Positions 30,079 to 41,300 of a stretch of 64,000 bases of DNA are shown here, piece by piece. The notes under the pieces are model-generated. The model was given only the letters and a program-made list of their open reading frames with translations, was not told where the DNA came from and did not search any database. Source of the DNA: Candidatus Latescibacterota bacterium (GTDB taxonomy: Bacteria; Latescibacterota; CBDEFO01); assembly GCA_965237525.1 (NCBI GenBank), contig CBDEFO010000004.1, positions 256,001 to 320,000 of the forward strand. The letters are read 5' to 3'. The stretch's first letter is position 1, and each line of letters starts with the position of its first letter. A program made the translations under genes and the position numbers.

Positions 30079-30801
30079 GTGAAAAGCGATCTCTTGCAGG
30101 TAGATGTGGAGGAAAAAAATGCCAAATTTGAGTCAAAGACCGCCCTGGAAGTGCTAAAGTGGGCTCTGGATGAATTTCATCCTTATATAGCAACCGCATG
30201 CAGTTTGGGGGCTGAAGATGTGGTCCTGGTGGATATGCTCACCAAATTGAACCCCCGCGCCAGGATTTTTACCCTGGATACGGGGAGGCTGAATCAGGAG
30301 ACCTATGACGTGATGGATACATTAAGAAAGAAATATAACGTCGATTTTGAGGTCTACTTTCCTCACACTGATGCTGTAGAAAAGATGGTCAGAGAAAACG
30401 GAGTCAATCTGTTCTACGAGAGTATAGACTTTAGAAAGTTGTGCTGCGGCATCAGAAAGATCGAGCCTCTAAAGCGAGCCCTTTCCGGGCTTTCGGGATG
30501 GATTACGGGACTAAGAAGAGAACAGTCGGTGACGCGGACTGAACTTGGTAAGGTGGAGCTGGACGAATCACAAGGGGGCATCGTGAAGGTGAATCCGTTG
30601 GCGGACTGGACACAGGAAGACGTCTGGGACTATATAAGAGAGCACGAGGTCCCTTATAATGCCCTGCACGATAGGGGATTCCCGAGCATCGGTTGCGCGC
30701 CGTGCACAAGAGCCATCGAACCCGGAGAAGACGTAAGGGCCGGAAGATGGTGGTGGGAGTCCCCTGAAGAGAAGGAATGCGGCCTGCACGTAAAGAGCTA
30801 A
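30079..30801 (+). CDS. cysH: Adenosine-5'-phosphosulfate (APS)/PAPS reductase, Fe-S type
   Basis: LDTG, CC.IRK..PL, SIGCAPCT, C-terminal ECGLH. Confidence 0.93.
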   Translation: MKSDLLQVDVEEKNAKFESKTALEVLKWALDEFHPYIATACSLGAEDVVLVDMLTKLNPRARIFTLDTGRLNQETYDVMDTLRKKYNVDFEVYFPHTDAVEKMVRENGVNLFYESIDFRKLCCGIRKIEPLKRALSGLSGWITGLRREQSVTRTELGKVELDESQGGIVKVNPLADWTQEDVWDYIREHEVPYNALHDRGFPSIGCAPCTRAIEPGEDVRAGRWWWESPEEKECGLHVKS

Positions 30802-30930
30802 CGTAAAGGATTGTATTGGGCCGCTCTTACGGTGTGATTAGCGTCTTCGGCAAGGTCATCCAGGGGAACCTAAAAACTTTTCTTTAGTCTTCGGAAAAAT
30901 AGTCTGTGTTGAGAAAATAATCTTCCGACT

Positions 30931-30946
30931 TGTGACACAGATCACA
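30931..30946. promoter_or_regulatory. CRP/FNR-family consensus site
   Basis: TGTGA-CACAGA-TCACA, perfect TGTGA-N6-TCACA. Confidence 0.45.
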
Positions 30947-30988
30947 CCTTAATAAATTACGGGCGGGGATGCCTGTCTACTGTCTACT

Positions 30989-32290
30989 GGTTATTTATCA
31001 AATGAAATCGGTGCACTTCTCTTTCGATCTTTGATTGATCTTGAATGATAGGTTTTCGACAATCTTTGGTTTCTGTTCTTTTTCAAAATGGATGTATAAT
31101 TGTTCTTCTTTTAGGTTCCATTCAGCCAGGACAAAGTAGTTGGTGTAAGAGGAGGGAAGAGATACTTTCTCATTTAGGACATCGATAAAGGCTTTATCTG
31201 TCTGTTCTGTGTCCTGTTTGACTTGTCTGATAAAATAGGTCTTAGGAATGAAATCTTTCTCGTTTGACTTCTCTTGCTTAGGTGGACGGTAGCCGGTGTA
31301 TCTCTGTGATGAAAGATTAAACCATTCTAACTTCTGATCAACTTCTTGTAAGCTTTTGAACTGAATTCTGTTCCAGAACTTCCTTGAAAATACAGAATTG
31401 TTGCCTTCTATAGATGCTTGAGAAAAGGGCCTTCTGGGAACGGCAAATATCGGAATCACTTGATTTTTCAAGAGAAACTGCATTGCTTTGCTGACATTCC
31501 TTTTACCTGAAACACTGCCAATAGTCGCCGAGCAATTGTCCACCTTAACGAAATCTGGTTTTTCAAACCTGTCAAAGAAAGACTGACACTTCTCGATAAA
31601 GTTAGTTGCTGTTTGACCGTCAACCCGCCGAAAATACCTTAACTTAGGCTCTTTCTTAAAGGAAAATCCAACGAAGTTGACCGGCTCAGTTCTGCCGGTA
31701 AGATACTTTTTACCAATAAAGTCTGATTCTAGGACTCTGCCTCCTAAAAGATAGTAAATGGTATACTCTGGATAACAAAGATAACGAGATGCACCCTTGT
31801 TTTTACCTTTCTTCCTTCCCTGGGAAAGTCCTAAATCTGAAAGCATTCTGCCGATAGTCGGCAACGACGGAGGAGGGGTGCTAGAATATCGATTCCTCCA
31901 TTTTTGTTCAATAACAGTGGCTCCTGAATAGAACTGATAAGGATCGTCCTCTAAGCTATGGTAAATCTCTTTGATTCTCTGTTCGTCAACTTTAGCCAAT
32001 TTTCGCCTTTTTCCTTTTGGCCAACCCCGATTATCCATGGCAAAATCCTGATCCGGAGATTTAGTCCAAGCCGTAACGAAATCATTGGAAACTCTCGCTT
32101 GTTTGATAACTTCTCGCTTTGACATTTCTTTCTTAAAATACATCTCGTTGACTTCTTGTCTTAATACGGCCAATCTCTCTTTGTCCATAGGACTCCGTAG
32201 ATTAAAGTTAAGACAATCAACTCAACTTAATCTACTAATACTCTAAACAAAGATCAAATTAGGTGCACCGATTTCATTTGATATTCAACC
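30989..32290 (-). mobile_element. 1302-bp DDE IS, copy 2
   Basis: Same IRs; TSD TCTACT at 30983-30988 and 32291-32296; inserted in a (TGTCTAC)n array. Confidence 0.9.
30998..32188 (-). CDS. DDE transposase
   Basis: Near-identical to 20198..21388. Confidence 0.85.
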   Translation of the reverse strand: MDKERLAVLRQEVNEMYFKKEMSKREVIKQARVSNDFVTAWTKSPDQDFAMDNRGWPKGKRRKLAKVDEQRIKEIYHSLEDDPYQFYSGATVIEQKWRNRYSSTPPPSLPTIGRMLSDLGLSQGRKKGKNKGASRYLCYPEYTIYYLLGGRVLESDFIGKKYLTGRTEPVNFVGFSFKKEPKLRYFRRVDGQTATNFIEKCQSFFDRFEKPDFVKVDNCSATIGSVSGKRNVSKAMQFLLKNQVIPIFAVPRRPFSQASIEGNNSVFSRKFWNRIQFKSLQEVDQKLEWFNLSSQRYTGYRPPKQEKSNEKDFIPKTYFIRQVKQDTEQTDKAFIDVLNEKVSLPSSYTNYFVLAEWNLKEEQLYIHFEKEQKPKIVENLSFKINQRSKEKCTDFI

Positions 32291-32317
32291 TCTACTGTCT
32301 ACTGTCTACTGTCTACT
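32291..32317. repeat. Heptamer tandem repeat (TGTCTAC)n, right part; left part at 30974-30988
   Basis: Read directly; encodes the C-terminal VDSRQ* of the adjacent gene. Confidence 0.85.
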
Positions 32318-33573
32318 CGTTTATACGCCTTTGTCTCATACACGGAAGGAATGTCAAAAAGTTTCCTTACGTACAGGGTGCTGTTGACCGCATTCATAGG
32401 CTTAAGCCCTTCTAAGACGGCCGTCATAGCAAGCACAACCGTCATAGTGTAAGTCCGGAAACACTCGTTTGTGACTGCTGCTATATGGAACGTGAAGTCC
32501 ACATTCGGATGTTGCACAACCTTCCAATAGGGGTCTTCAGGTCTTATGGGTTCGGGCCAGATCGGGTCTAGGACAGCCCTGGCTACCTTTCCCGATACAA
32601 GAGCGTCGAATAGGGCGTCGGGTTCTATGATCTCCCCTCTTGCTGTGTTGACGATCCTGACTCCATCTTTCATCTGTTCAAATTCTACTTTTGATATAAG
32701 GTCCCTGGACTGTTCCGTAAGGTTCACATGGATGGTTATGTAATCCACAATTTTCAGAAGTCTCTCCGATAGCCTGCCGTCCTCTGTCGGGATAAACTCT
32801 ATCCGTGTGTTGTAGTCGAACTGTTCTTTAATAGCGTTGAATCTCTCTGTGATCCTCTTCCGCTTCTCTTCGTCTGCTACGATGTCGGTGTAATAGACGT
32901 TTGTTCCGTGCGCGGCTAATAGGAGTATGGCCTGCGTACCTATATTACCGGCACCTATGACTCCCACATTTTTTCCGAAAAGGTCTACCCCCATCAGTTC
33001 TTCGTACCTGTAGCTGAGCGGACGTTCGGCAAGCTGTATGCCCTTGCACGATCCTGCGGCTTTGACTATGTCCCTGGACGCCTGAAGAAGGCACAGGACT
33101 CCATATTGAGCCGTAGTCTTCTCAGCCGATCTTCCGGCGTTGACGAGCGGCACGCCGTAGTTGGTTATCTGGGGCATAACATCCCAGTAGTGATTCCAAC
33201 CCACTGAACAGGTGCCGATAACCCTCAATCCTCTGTCTGCGGCGGATTCTACATGTTCGGATGTAAGACCGACGTCCGAGGCCGTGAATATGCCGTCTAC
33301 TCTATCCTGTTCCTCTATAATCTGCATTATTTCCTGCTCTGTGGGCACAGGTCTGGGAAAGGACTGCACTACGTTGATTTCCTCCTCTCCTTTGATAGAG
33401 TCTAAGACTTCAGGTCCGACGCTCGATTCTATGGTTTCCAAATAAGGCTTGCTCACTTTCTCCACGAGTTGGGTGAAGTTCATTACGCCTTGTTCTTCAA
33501 GGATACCTTTTCCCCTGAAGAGATCTATCCCCTCTTTATGGGTCTCAGGAAATACAATAACGTTTCGGGACAT
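32299..33573 (-). CDS. D-isomer-specific 2-hydroxyacid dehydrogenase family protein
   Basis: GVIGAGNIG, TIHV, MKDGVRIVNTARG, AVLD....EP, FHIA. Confidence 0.85.
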   Translation of the reverse strand: MSRNVIVFPETHKEGIDLFRGKGILEEQGVMNFTQLVEKVSKPYLETIESSVGPEVLDSIKGEEEINVVQSFPRPVPTEQEIMQIIEEQDRVDGIFTASDVGLTSEHVESAADRGLRVIGTCSVGWNHYWDVMPQITNYGVPLVNAGRSAEKTTAQYGVLCLLQASRDIVKAAGSCKGIQLAERPLSYRYEELMGVDLFGKNVGVIGAGNIGTQAILLLAAHGTNVYYTDIVADEEKRKRITERFNAIKEQFDYNTRIEFIPTEDGRLSERLLKIVDYITIHVNLTEQSRDLISKVEFEQMKDGVRIVNTARGEIIEPDALFDALVSGKVARAVLDPIWPEPIRPEDPYWKVVQHPNVDFTFHIAAVTNECFRTYTMTVVLAMTAVLEGLKPMNAVNSTLYVRKLFDIPSVYETKAYKRVDSRQ

Positions 33574-33797
33574 TTTTGCACCCTTTCCTTGGGCTTTCAC
33601 CTGGCCAGTTCCTACCTCTTGCACGTCCAACAATATATACTAAGATGGGGAAAAACACAAACTCTTTTTCTATTGACTGCCCCAGACAAATTGGTTACCT
33701 TTTTCACTGCGGTAAGGATGTAATTAACACAGGCAGAACGATCGGGAAAAGTCTTGAGAGTATTTACGATAAAAACTGAACAAAAGAACCGGCTTAA

Positions 33798-35316
33798 AAG
33801 CCTTGTGAAAAACCCTTAGATTCAGAAAGTAGTATAGAACAAGCATTGATAAAGCAGCTCCGATGTATTATATTATGTTATTGATAATATTATACATGGA
33901 GGAAACAATGACCCCACAAGAGCAGGAACAGACAAATCCGATGTTTCACTATTTTCAGATGGAGGATTTAGTTCCCGAGGATCATATCCTTCGTCAGATT
34001 GATGAGGCAGTTGATTTTTCATTTGTACGAGACGTTGTATCAGATTGTTATTGCCCTGACAATGGCAGACCCGGTATTGATCCTGAATTAGTTGTTCGAA
34101 TGATCCTTATTGGCTATCTGTATAATTTGAGTGAGAATCGGCTCTGTCAGGAAGTGGGGATGCATGCGGCATATCGGTTGTTTTGTCATCAGACATTTGA
34201 TGATGCGGTTCCGGATAGGAGCACGATCAACAAGCTTCGCAATCACAAGTGGGCATCCAGTGGGTTGTTTGAACGGATAATGCGTCAGGTAGTCCAGTGT
34301 TGCATAGATGTCGGTCTTGTGAGCGGTAAACACCTTAGTGTCGACGGCACTCAGATACAAGCTGATGCTTCAGTGAAAAGTATTGAGCCGATAGAACCCC
34401 CTGTTTCTCTTGATGATTATCTCAAGGGAATCGGTTTTGAAGGTGATAAGACAAAGGGTAGGTCCGGGCATCCTCAGGATAAAGACTTTCATGGTGAAAA
34501 GTGGACGAACCAAACACACCGTTCGACTACAGACCCCGACGCGCGCTTATACAGCAAATCGAAGGGCAAAGGGGCTTTTCTCTCGTTTATGGGCCATGAT
34601 CTGATCGACACAAAAAGCAGAGTAATCCTTGAGACTCAGGGCACGCAGGCGACAGGGACAGCAGAGCCCGAAAGTGCCCTTAAGATGGTAGATGACCTTG
34701 AAACATACACCATGCCCAAAGACATTCAGACACTTAGTGCCGATACCGGTTACGGTTCTGGTAATTTTATCGCTGATGTACTTGACCGGGGAATCATACC
34801 CCATATTCCTCTGCGAGCCGATGAGAAGATTGAACCGATTCCTACATGGAAAAACAAGACAAATCCAGCACATATTCAGGCCGAACGGGATAGAAAAGTG
34901 CGAGAGGCGAAAGCCAGAAATCATGCACGGTCTATCTCATTAACAGCTGACTACAAACTCTCCCGGAGACTCCGTAAACGCAGTGAACATATCTTTGCTG
35001 AAGCCAGGCAACAACACGGTATGGGACGAGCCCGTTACAGAGGACCAGCCTCACTGAATGAACAGTTGAATCTTGTTGCAACAGTACAGAATCTCAAGAG
35101 GCTTGTATCTTTCATAAGAAGGGGGAAAGCGTCTATGTGTGCCCTGTCTGTCAAAGACAGTGCATCCTGTTCTTCAAACAGCTCCTATTCCTTGCTGACC
35201 AGAACTCTGATAAGACTATTTTGCTTATTCCACAGCAAAACGATACGATATGCTACTCTTTGACCCATAATCGGCGCTTCAGACGCTGCCTGGGACATAA
35301 CTATTTCACAAGGCTT
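33798..35316 (+). mobile_element. IS1182-family element, copy 3
   Basis: Same IRs; TSD TTAA at 33794-33797 and 35317-35320. Confidence 0.93.
33908..35263 (+). CDS. IS1182-family transposase
   Basis: Near-identical to the other copies. Confidence 0.92.
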   Translation: MTPQEQEQTNPMFHYFQMEDLVPEDHILRQIDEAVDFSFVRDVVSDCYCPDNGRPGIDPELVVRMILIGYLYNLSENRLCQEVGMHAAYRLFCHQTFDDAVPDRSTINKLRNHKWASSGLFERIMRQVVQCCIDVGLVSGKHLSVDGTQIQADASVKSIEPIEPPVSLDDYLKGIGFEGDKTKGRSGHPQDKDFHGEKWTNQTHRSTTDPDARLYSKSKGKGAFLSFMGHDLIDTKSRVILETQGTQATGTAEPESALKMVDDLETYTMPKDIQTLSADTGYGSGNFIADVLDRGIIPHIPLRADEKIEPIPTWKNKTNPAHIQAERDRKVREAKARNHARSISLTADYKLSRRLRKRSEHIFAEARQQHGMGRARYRGPASLNEQLNLVATVQNLKRLVSFIRRGKASMCALSVKDSASCSSNSSYSLLTRTLIRLFCLFHSKTIRYATL

Positions 35317-38300
35317 TTAAGCTGCAGTTTGAAAGAGAACTCAACCCACAGCAACTTCGGGCAGTCACAGCTGGAGATGGCCCCAAGCTTGTAATAGCGG
35401 GCGCAGGAAGCGGCAAGACCAGGACAATAACTTATAGAGTCGCCTATCTGCTCTCAAAAGGTATAGACCCGTCAAGGATACTTCTTGTGACCTTCACAAA
35501 TAAGGCCGCAAAAGAGATGTTACGACGCGTTGAAGTCCTCACAGGACCGCTGGCAAGAAGGATATGGGGAGGGACATTCCACGCCACAGGAAACAAAATA
35601 CTAAGGCAGGACGGTAAACTCCTCGGCTATGGATCTAACTTCTCCATACTCGACGAAGAGGATCAGAAGGATCTAATCAAGGTCTGTATATCAGAGATCG
35701 GGATAGAGCCCAAGAAGGAGCGCTTTCCAGCGGCGGCTTTAGTCAGAAACATCATCAGCCTGTCGTTCAACACACAGTTGGGTGTCGAGACCATCCTGGA
35801 TCGCTATTATCCCTATTTTGCTCACTTGCAGGATGAGATAATCCGGATAGAGGACGAATATCGAGCTAGAAAGAAGAAGAACAACTCTGTGGACTACGAC
35901 GATCTCTTGGGAAATTGGCTGGTGCTCTTGAGAGACTTTCCCGAAATCCTCGAAAAATATGGAAGAAAATTTCAGCACATATTGGTAGACGAATATCAGG
36001 ACACAAACAAAGTCCAGGCGGACATAGTGGAACTTCTGGCCTCCAAAAACGGAAACAATCTGACGGTCGTGGGCGACGATTCACAGAGCATCTACGCCTT
36101 CAGAGGAGCAAACTACGACAATATCATCAGATTCCCCGAACGAAATCCGGGTACCGAGATATTCAAACTTGAGATCAACTACAGGAGTACGCCGCAGATA
36201 TTAAACTTCACCAACGACAGCATAAGGCACAACAAAGATCAGTACGAAAAAGTTTTGCAATCGGTCAGGAAAGACGGTTTTTCTCCCGCCCTGGTCCCCG
36301 TCCAGGACGCCTATGGGGAGGCGGACTTCGTCTCCAGCAGAATACTCCAGATTAGAGACGAAGGAGTACCATTAGAGGAGATAGCCGTTCTCTACCGGTC
36401 CCATTATCATTGCGCGATTCTGGAAGCAGAACTCGTAAGGCGCAACATCCCCTACGAAATAAGGGATGGGATCAGATTCTTCGATCAGGCGCATATAAAG
36501 GACGTAATCTCCTACCTTAAGATTCTCGTCAACCCCCACGATGAGACAGCCTGGAGGAGGATCCTGCTTATGATTCCCAAAATCGGCAACGTCACGGCGG
36601 GAAGGATATGGAACCAAATCTCTAACTCCACCAACCCCCTGAAGGCCATCCAATCCGGCAGAATCTCGGATGTCCTGCCTTCACAGAGCCTGATGTTTTG
36701 GAGCCAGTTTACGGGCGATCTCAAAAAGCTCATAGAGATAGACAAAAAGAGCGATCCTCCCGCTTTAATCAGTGCCATACTCGAAGGCGGATACCTCGAC
36801 TATCTGAGGTCAAGATACGACAATTACGCCTCCAGGACCGAGGATATAGAACAATTAGGCCTCTTTGCCAAGCAATACTCTGAACTGGAAGACTTCCTTT
36901 CAGAGCTCGTCCTGCTCGGGGAACTTCAGGGGCAGGACGTAGTCTCTGGATCCGATGACACCGAGAAGGTAATTTTGAGCTCAATCCACAGGGCAAAGGG
37001 ACTCGAATGGCAGCACGTATTCGTGATAAGGGCATGCGAGGGAGCCTTGCCCGCAGATAGATCGCTGAAAGAGGAAAATGGAGAGGAAGAAGAAAGGCGC
37101 GTCTTCTACGTAGCCGCCACAAGAGCCAAAGACGAACTCTACATAGTCTATCCTTTGATAGATATAGGCAGGAGCTCTTCACCTTCGACTATACTACAGC
37201 CCTCCCGTTTCATACAGGAGATAGATGCGCAACTGTACGACATAGCTGAGATTCAGCCAGCTGAGGCATAAAACGGAGAGATAAGGATGGCAAAGATTAT
37301 GACGTCAACCTTTATTCTGTGAGCGAGAACTTGCACGCCCCTTGGTCCTCTCTCTTTTTAGGAACTGGGGGCTGGCCATAAGTAAAATCGGTTTGTCAGC
37401 CCTCAAGTAGGAGATAATAAAATGAGATGTGCAATCTTATCTACTGTTATAACACTGTTAGTCGCTTTGAATGCGCCCAGCTATGCACAGGATGAACCTC
37501 CAGTTGTGACATCTATTATCCCCAATTCAGGCATTGGATTAGGCGGTACACCTGTGACGATTACAGGTTACAATTTCCAAAGTGGAGCAACTGTAACTTT
37601 GGGTGAAAGTACAGCCATAAATGTAGTGATAGTGGACCCCAACACTATTACCGCTACGACTCCTGCTCATTCTGCTGGTACTGTGGGCGTGACAGTCACA
37701 AATCCCGACGGTCAGGCGGACATGCTCTTTAATGGATTTACTTTTATTCCCATAATTTTCGGACCTAAGACTGACTATGCTGTTTCGCGTAGTCCCAAGT
37801 CAGTTTTCAGTGCAGACTTAGATGCAGATGGAGATAATGACCTAGCTGTGGCTAACGCTGCCAGCAATAATGTGTCAGTGTTGATAAACAATGGCGACGG
37901 GACATTCGGAGCTAAAGTGGACTACTTCACTGGACAAGTGCCCAGTTCAGTATTCAGTGAGGATCTAGATGGAGATGGATACAAGGATTTGGTTGTGACC
38001 AATAGGATCAGCAACAATGTATCGGTATTGTTGAATAATGGTGATGGAACCTTTTCATATAGAGTGAACTATGACGCTGGAGATAATCCCAACTCAGCCT
38101 TCTGTGCAGATTTAGACGGAGATGGAGACAAGGACCTAGCTGTGGCGAATAGAGTTGACAATAATGTATCAGTGTGGCTCAACGATGGAGATGGGACATT
38201 TGCTGCTAAGGTTAACTATGTTGCTGGACGTAATCCTAAGTCTGTCTATATCGCCGATTTAGATGGCGATGGGAATAAGGACTTAGCTGTGGCTAATCGC

Positions 38301-41300
38301 AGCAGCGTATCGGTGTTGCTGAACGACGGAGATGGGACATTTGCACCTAAGGTGGACTACGATGTTGGGAATATTGCCATGTCCGTCTTCAGTGCAGATT
38401 TCAATTCGGATGGAGATAATGATTTAGCTGCGGCTAATTGGGGCAGCGGTACTGTATCAGTGTTGTTAAATAATGGAGACGGAACGTTTGCACCTAAGGT
38501 AGACTACAAAGTTGGAGTTATGCCCACTTCAGTCTTCAGTGCAGATTTCAATTCAGATGGAGATAATGATTTAGCTGTGGCCAATCAGGGCAGTGGTACT
38601 GTCTCAGTATTGCTGAACAAACATGATGGAACATTCACAAGTAAGGTGGACTACGTTACTGGAGCTAGTTCCTCCTCAGTTTTTGGTGTGGATTTAGACA
38701 GCGACGGAGATAACGACTTAGCTGTGGCTAATGCAGGAAGCGATAGTGTGTCAGTCTTATTTAATCTCTCTCCCCATTTACCTCCGGTTGCAACATCTCC
38801 TCCTGCTCTAAAATCTATTCACCCCACTGCGGGCATTGAATCAGGTGGCGTGTCTGTAAGGATCGAAGGAAATAATTTCCAAAGTGGAGCAACCGTCACT
38901 TTCGGTGGGAGAGCAGCCACTGGTGTAGTTGTAGTGTCCACCAATACCATTGTTGCTACGACTTCTGCACATAGCACCGGTGCTGTGGCAGTGATTGTCA
39001 CAAATCCCAGTAGTCTGGCAGATACACTTGCGAACGGTTTCACTTTTGACAAGATTCCTCCTCCTGATTTTTTCGGACCCAAGATTGACTATGGCTTCGG
39101 ACGTCGTTCCGTATCAATCGTAAGTGCGGATTTAGATGGAGATGGGGATAATGACCTTGCTACGGCTAATACTAACTGTAACGATCGGAACAGTGTGTCA
39201 GTGTTGTTGAATAACGGAGATGGAACATTTGCGACCAACCTGGATTATGCCACTGGGGATTGTCCCAAGTCAATCTTCAGTGCGGACATAGATAGAGATG
39301 GGGATAATGACTTAGTTACAGCTAATAAGCAAAGTAATAATGTATCAGTGTTGTTGAACAACGGAGACGGGAGATTCGCAAATAAGGTGGACTATCCCGT
39401 TGGACATCATCCTCCCTCTTCAGTCTTCATCGCGGATTTAGATGGAGATGGAGATAATGACTTGGCTGTGGCTAATGCAGTCAACATCGGCCATTTCGGT
39501 ACTGTATCAGTGTTGTTGAATAATGGAGAAGGTACATTTGCGGACAAAGTGGACTATGCTGTTGGATATGGTGCCACATCAGTTTTTGTTGCTGATTTGA
39601 ATAACGATGGAGATAATGATATAGCTGTGGCTAATAGTGGAAGATATCCCGAATTCATCGGTACTTTATCAGTGTTGTTGAACAATGGAGATGGAACCTT
39701 TTCACCGAAGGTGGACTATGCAGCTGGAAGTCGACCCCATTCAGTCTTCATAGCAGATTTGGATAGAGATGGAGATAATGATTTGGCTGTGGCAAATGGG
39801 AGAACCGCTACTAGTCCAGAGAATAGTACTGTATCAGTGTTATTAAATAAGGGAGATGGAACATTTGAGGATAAGGTGAAATATGTTGCTGGACCTACAC
39901 CCCAATCAGTCTACATTGCCGATTTAGATGGTGATGGCAACAATGATTTGGCTGTTGCGAATGCGTCAGGTGGCCATGGTTCTTCACGTAGTATATCAGT
40001 ACTCTTGAATAATGGAGATGGTACATTTGCACTCAAAGTGGACTTCGAATCAGGAGATAATCCCAGATCTCTGTTCATTGCGGATTTAGATGGTGACGGT
40101 GATAATGACCTAGCTGTAGTTGGCCATAGAGTATCGGTCTTGTTGAATCGCACCTTGGTATCTCCTATTGTTAATTCTATTAATCCGATTTCTGGAACGG
40201 ATTCGGGAGATATGCTGGTGACAATAGAAGGAAGCAATTTCAGGGGTGGAGAGACTGTTATTTTCGGAAGTATCCCAGCCCCAAGTGTGGAGGTGGTGTC
40301 ACCCGATACTATTATCGCTACGATTCCCGTTCATCCTGCTGGAACTGTAAATGTGATTGTCGAAAATACGAGTGGACTAGCCGATACACTTAAAAACTCA
40401 TTTACTTTCGGGTCTCCACGACCCGTAGTGACATCCGTTTATCCCATTTCAGGACTCGAATCAACAGGTACACGTGTGACTGTAAAGGGGAACAATTTTC
40501 TGCTTGGAGCAATAGTTACATTTGGCGGCAGCAAAGCCAAGTATATAGTTGTAGTATCGCCTGTGAAGATTATTGCTACGACTCCCGCTCATTCCGTCAG
40601 TACTGTAGACGTGATAGTCACAAATCCTGGCGGTCAGGCAGGCGTGCTCGCTAAGGGATTTTCCTTTATTCCTCCTCTTTTCGGACCTAAGGCAGATTAT
40701 GCGGTAGGGCATGCTCCCAACTCAGTATTCAGCGCCGATTTAGATGGGGATGGGGATAATGACTTGGCTGTGGCTGGAGGAAATGTCTCAGTTATCTTGA
40801 ATAACGGGGACGGAACATTTTCAACTAGGACGGACTATACTGCTGGGGGTAGATCAATATTTATTGCAGATTTAGATGGAGACGGGGATAGCGACATAGC
40901 TACAGCTAATAAGTGGAGCGATATATTGTCCAGTGGTTATGTGTCAGTTTTGTTAAATAACGGGGATGGAACATTTGCACCTAAAGTTGACTACGATGCC
41001 GGGCTTAGTCCCCGTTCAATCTTCAGCACAGATTTAGATGGGGATGGGGATAATGACTTAGCTGTGGCTAATTACCATTACAACTACGCGGCAGTACTCT
41101 TGAATAACGGTGATGGCACATTTGCACCTAAGAGGACATATGCCACAGGGGAATCTCCTCAGTCGATGTTCAGTAGCGATTTAGATGGGGATGGGGATAA
41201 TGACTTGATTACAGCCAATGAGGGGAGTAATACGGTGTCAGTGTTAATGAATAATGGAGATGCGACATTTGCACCTAAAATGGATTATATCGTTGGGGAT

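Larger units (their letters stand above)
33754..37271 (+). pseudogene. pcrA: UvrD/PcrA ATP-dependent DNA helicase interrupted near its 5' end by IS1182
   Basis: Removing the IS and one TTAA restores TTG-RVFTIKTEQKNRL-KLQFERELNPQQ...IAGAGSGKT in frame with 35487..37271 (DEYQDTN, VGDDSQSIY, SSIHRAKGLEW, YVAATRA). Confidence 0.85.
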
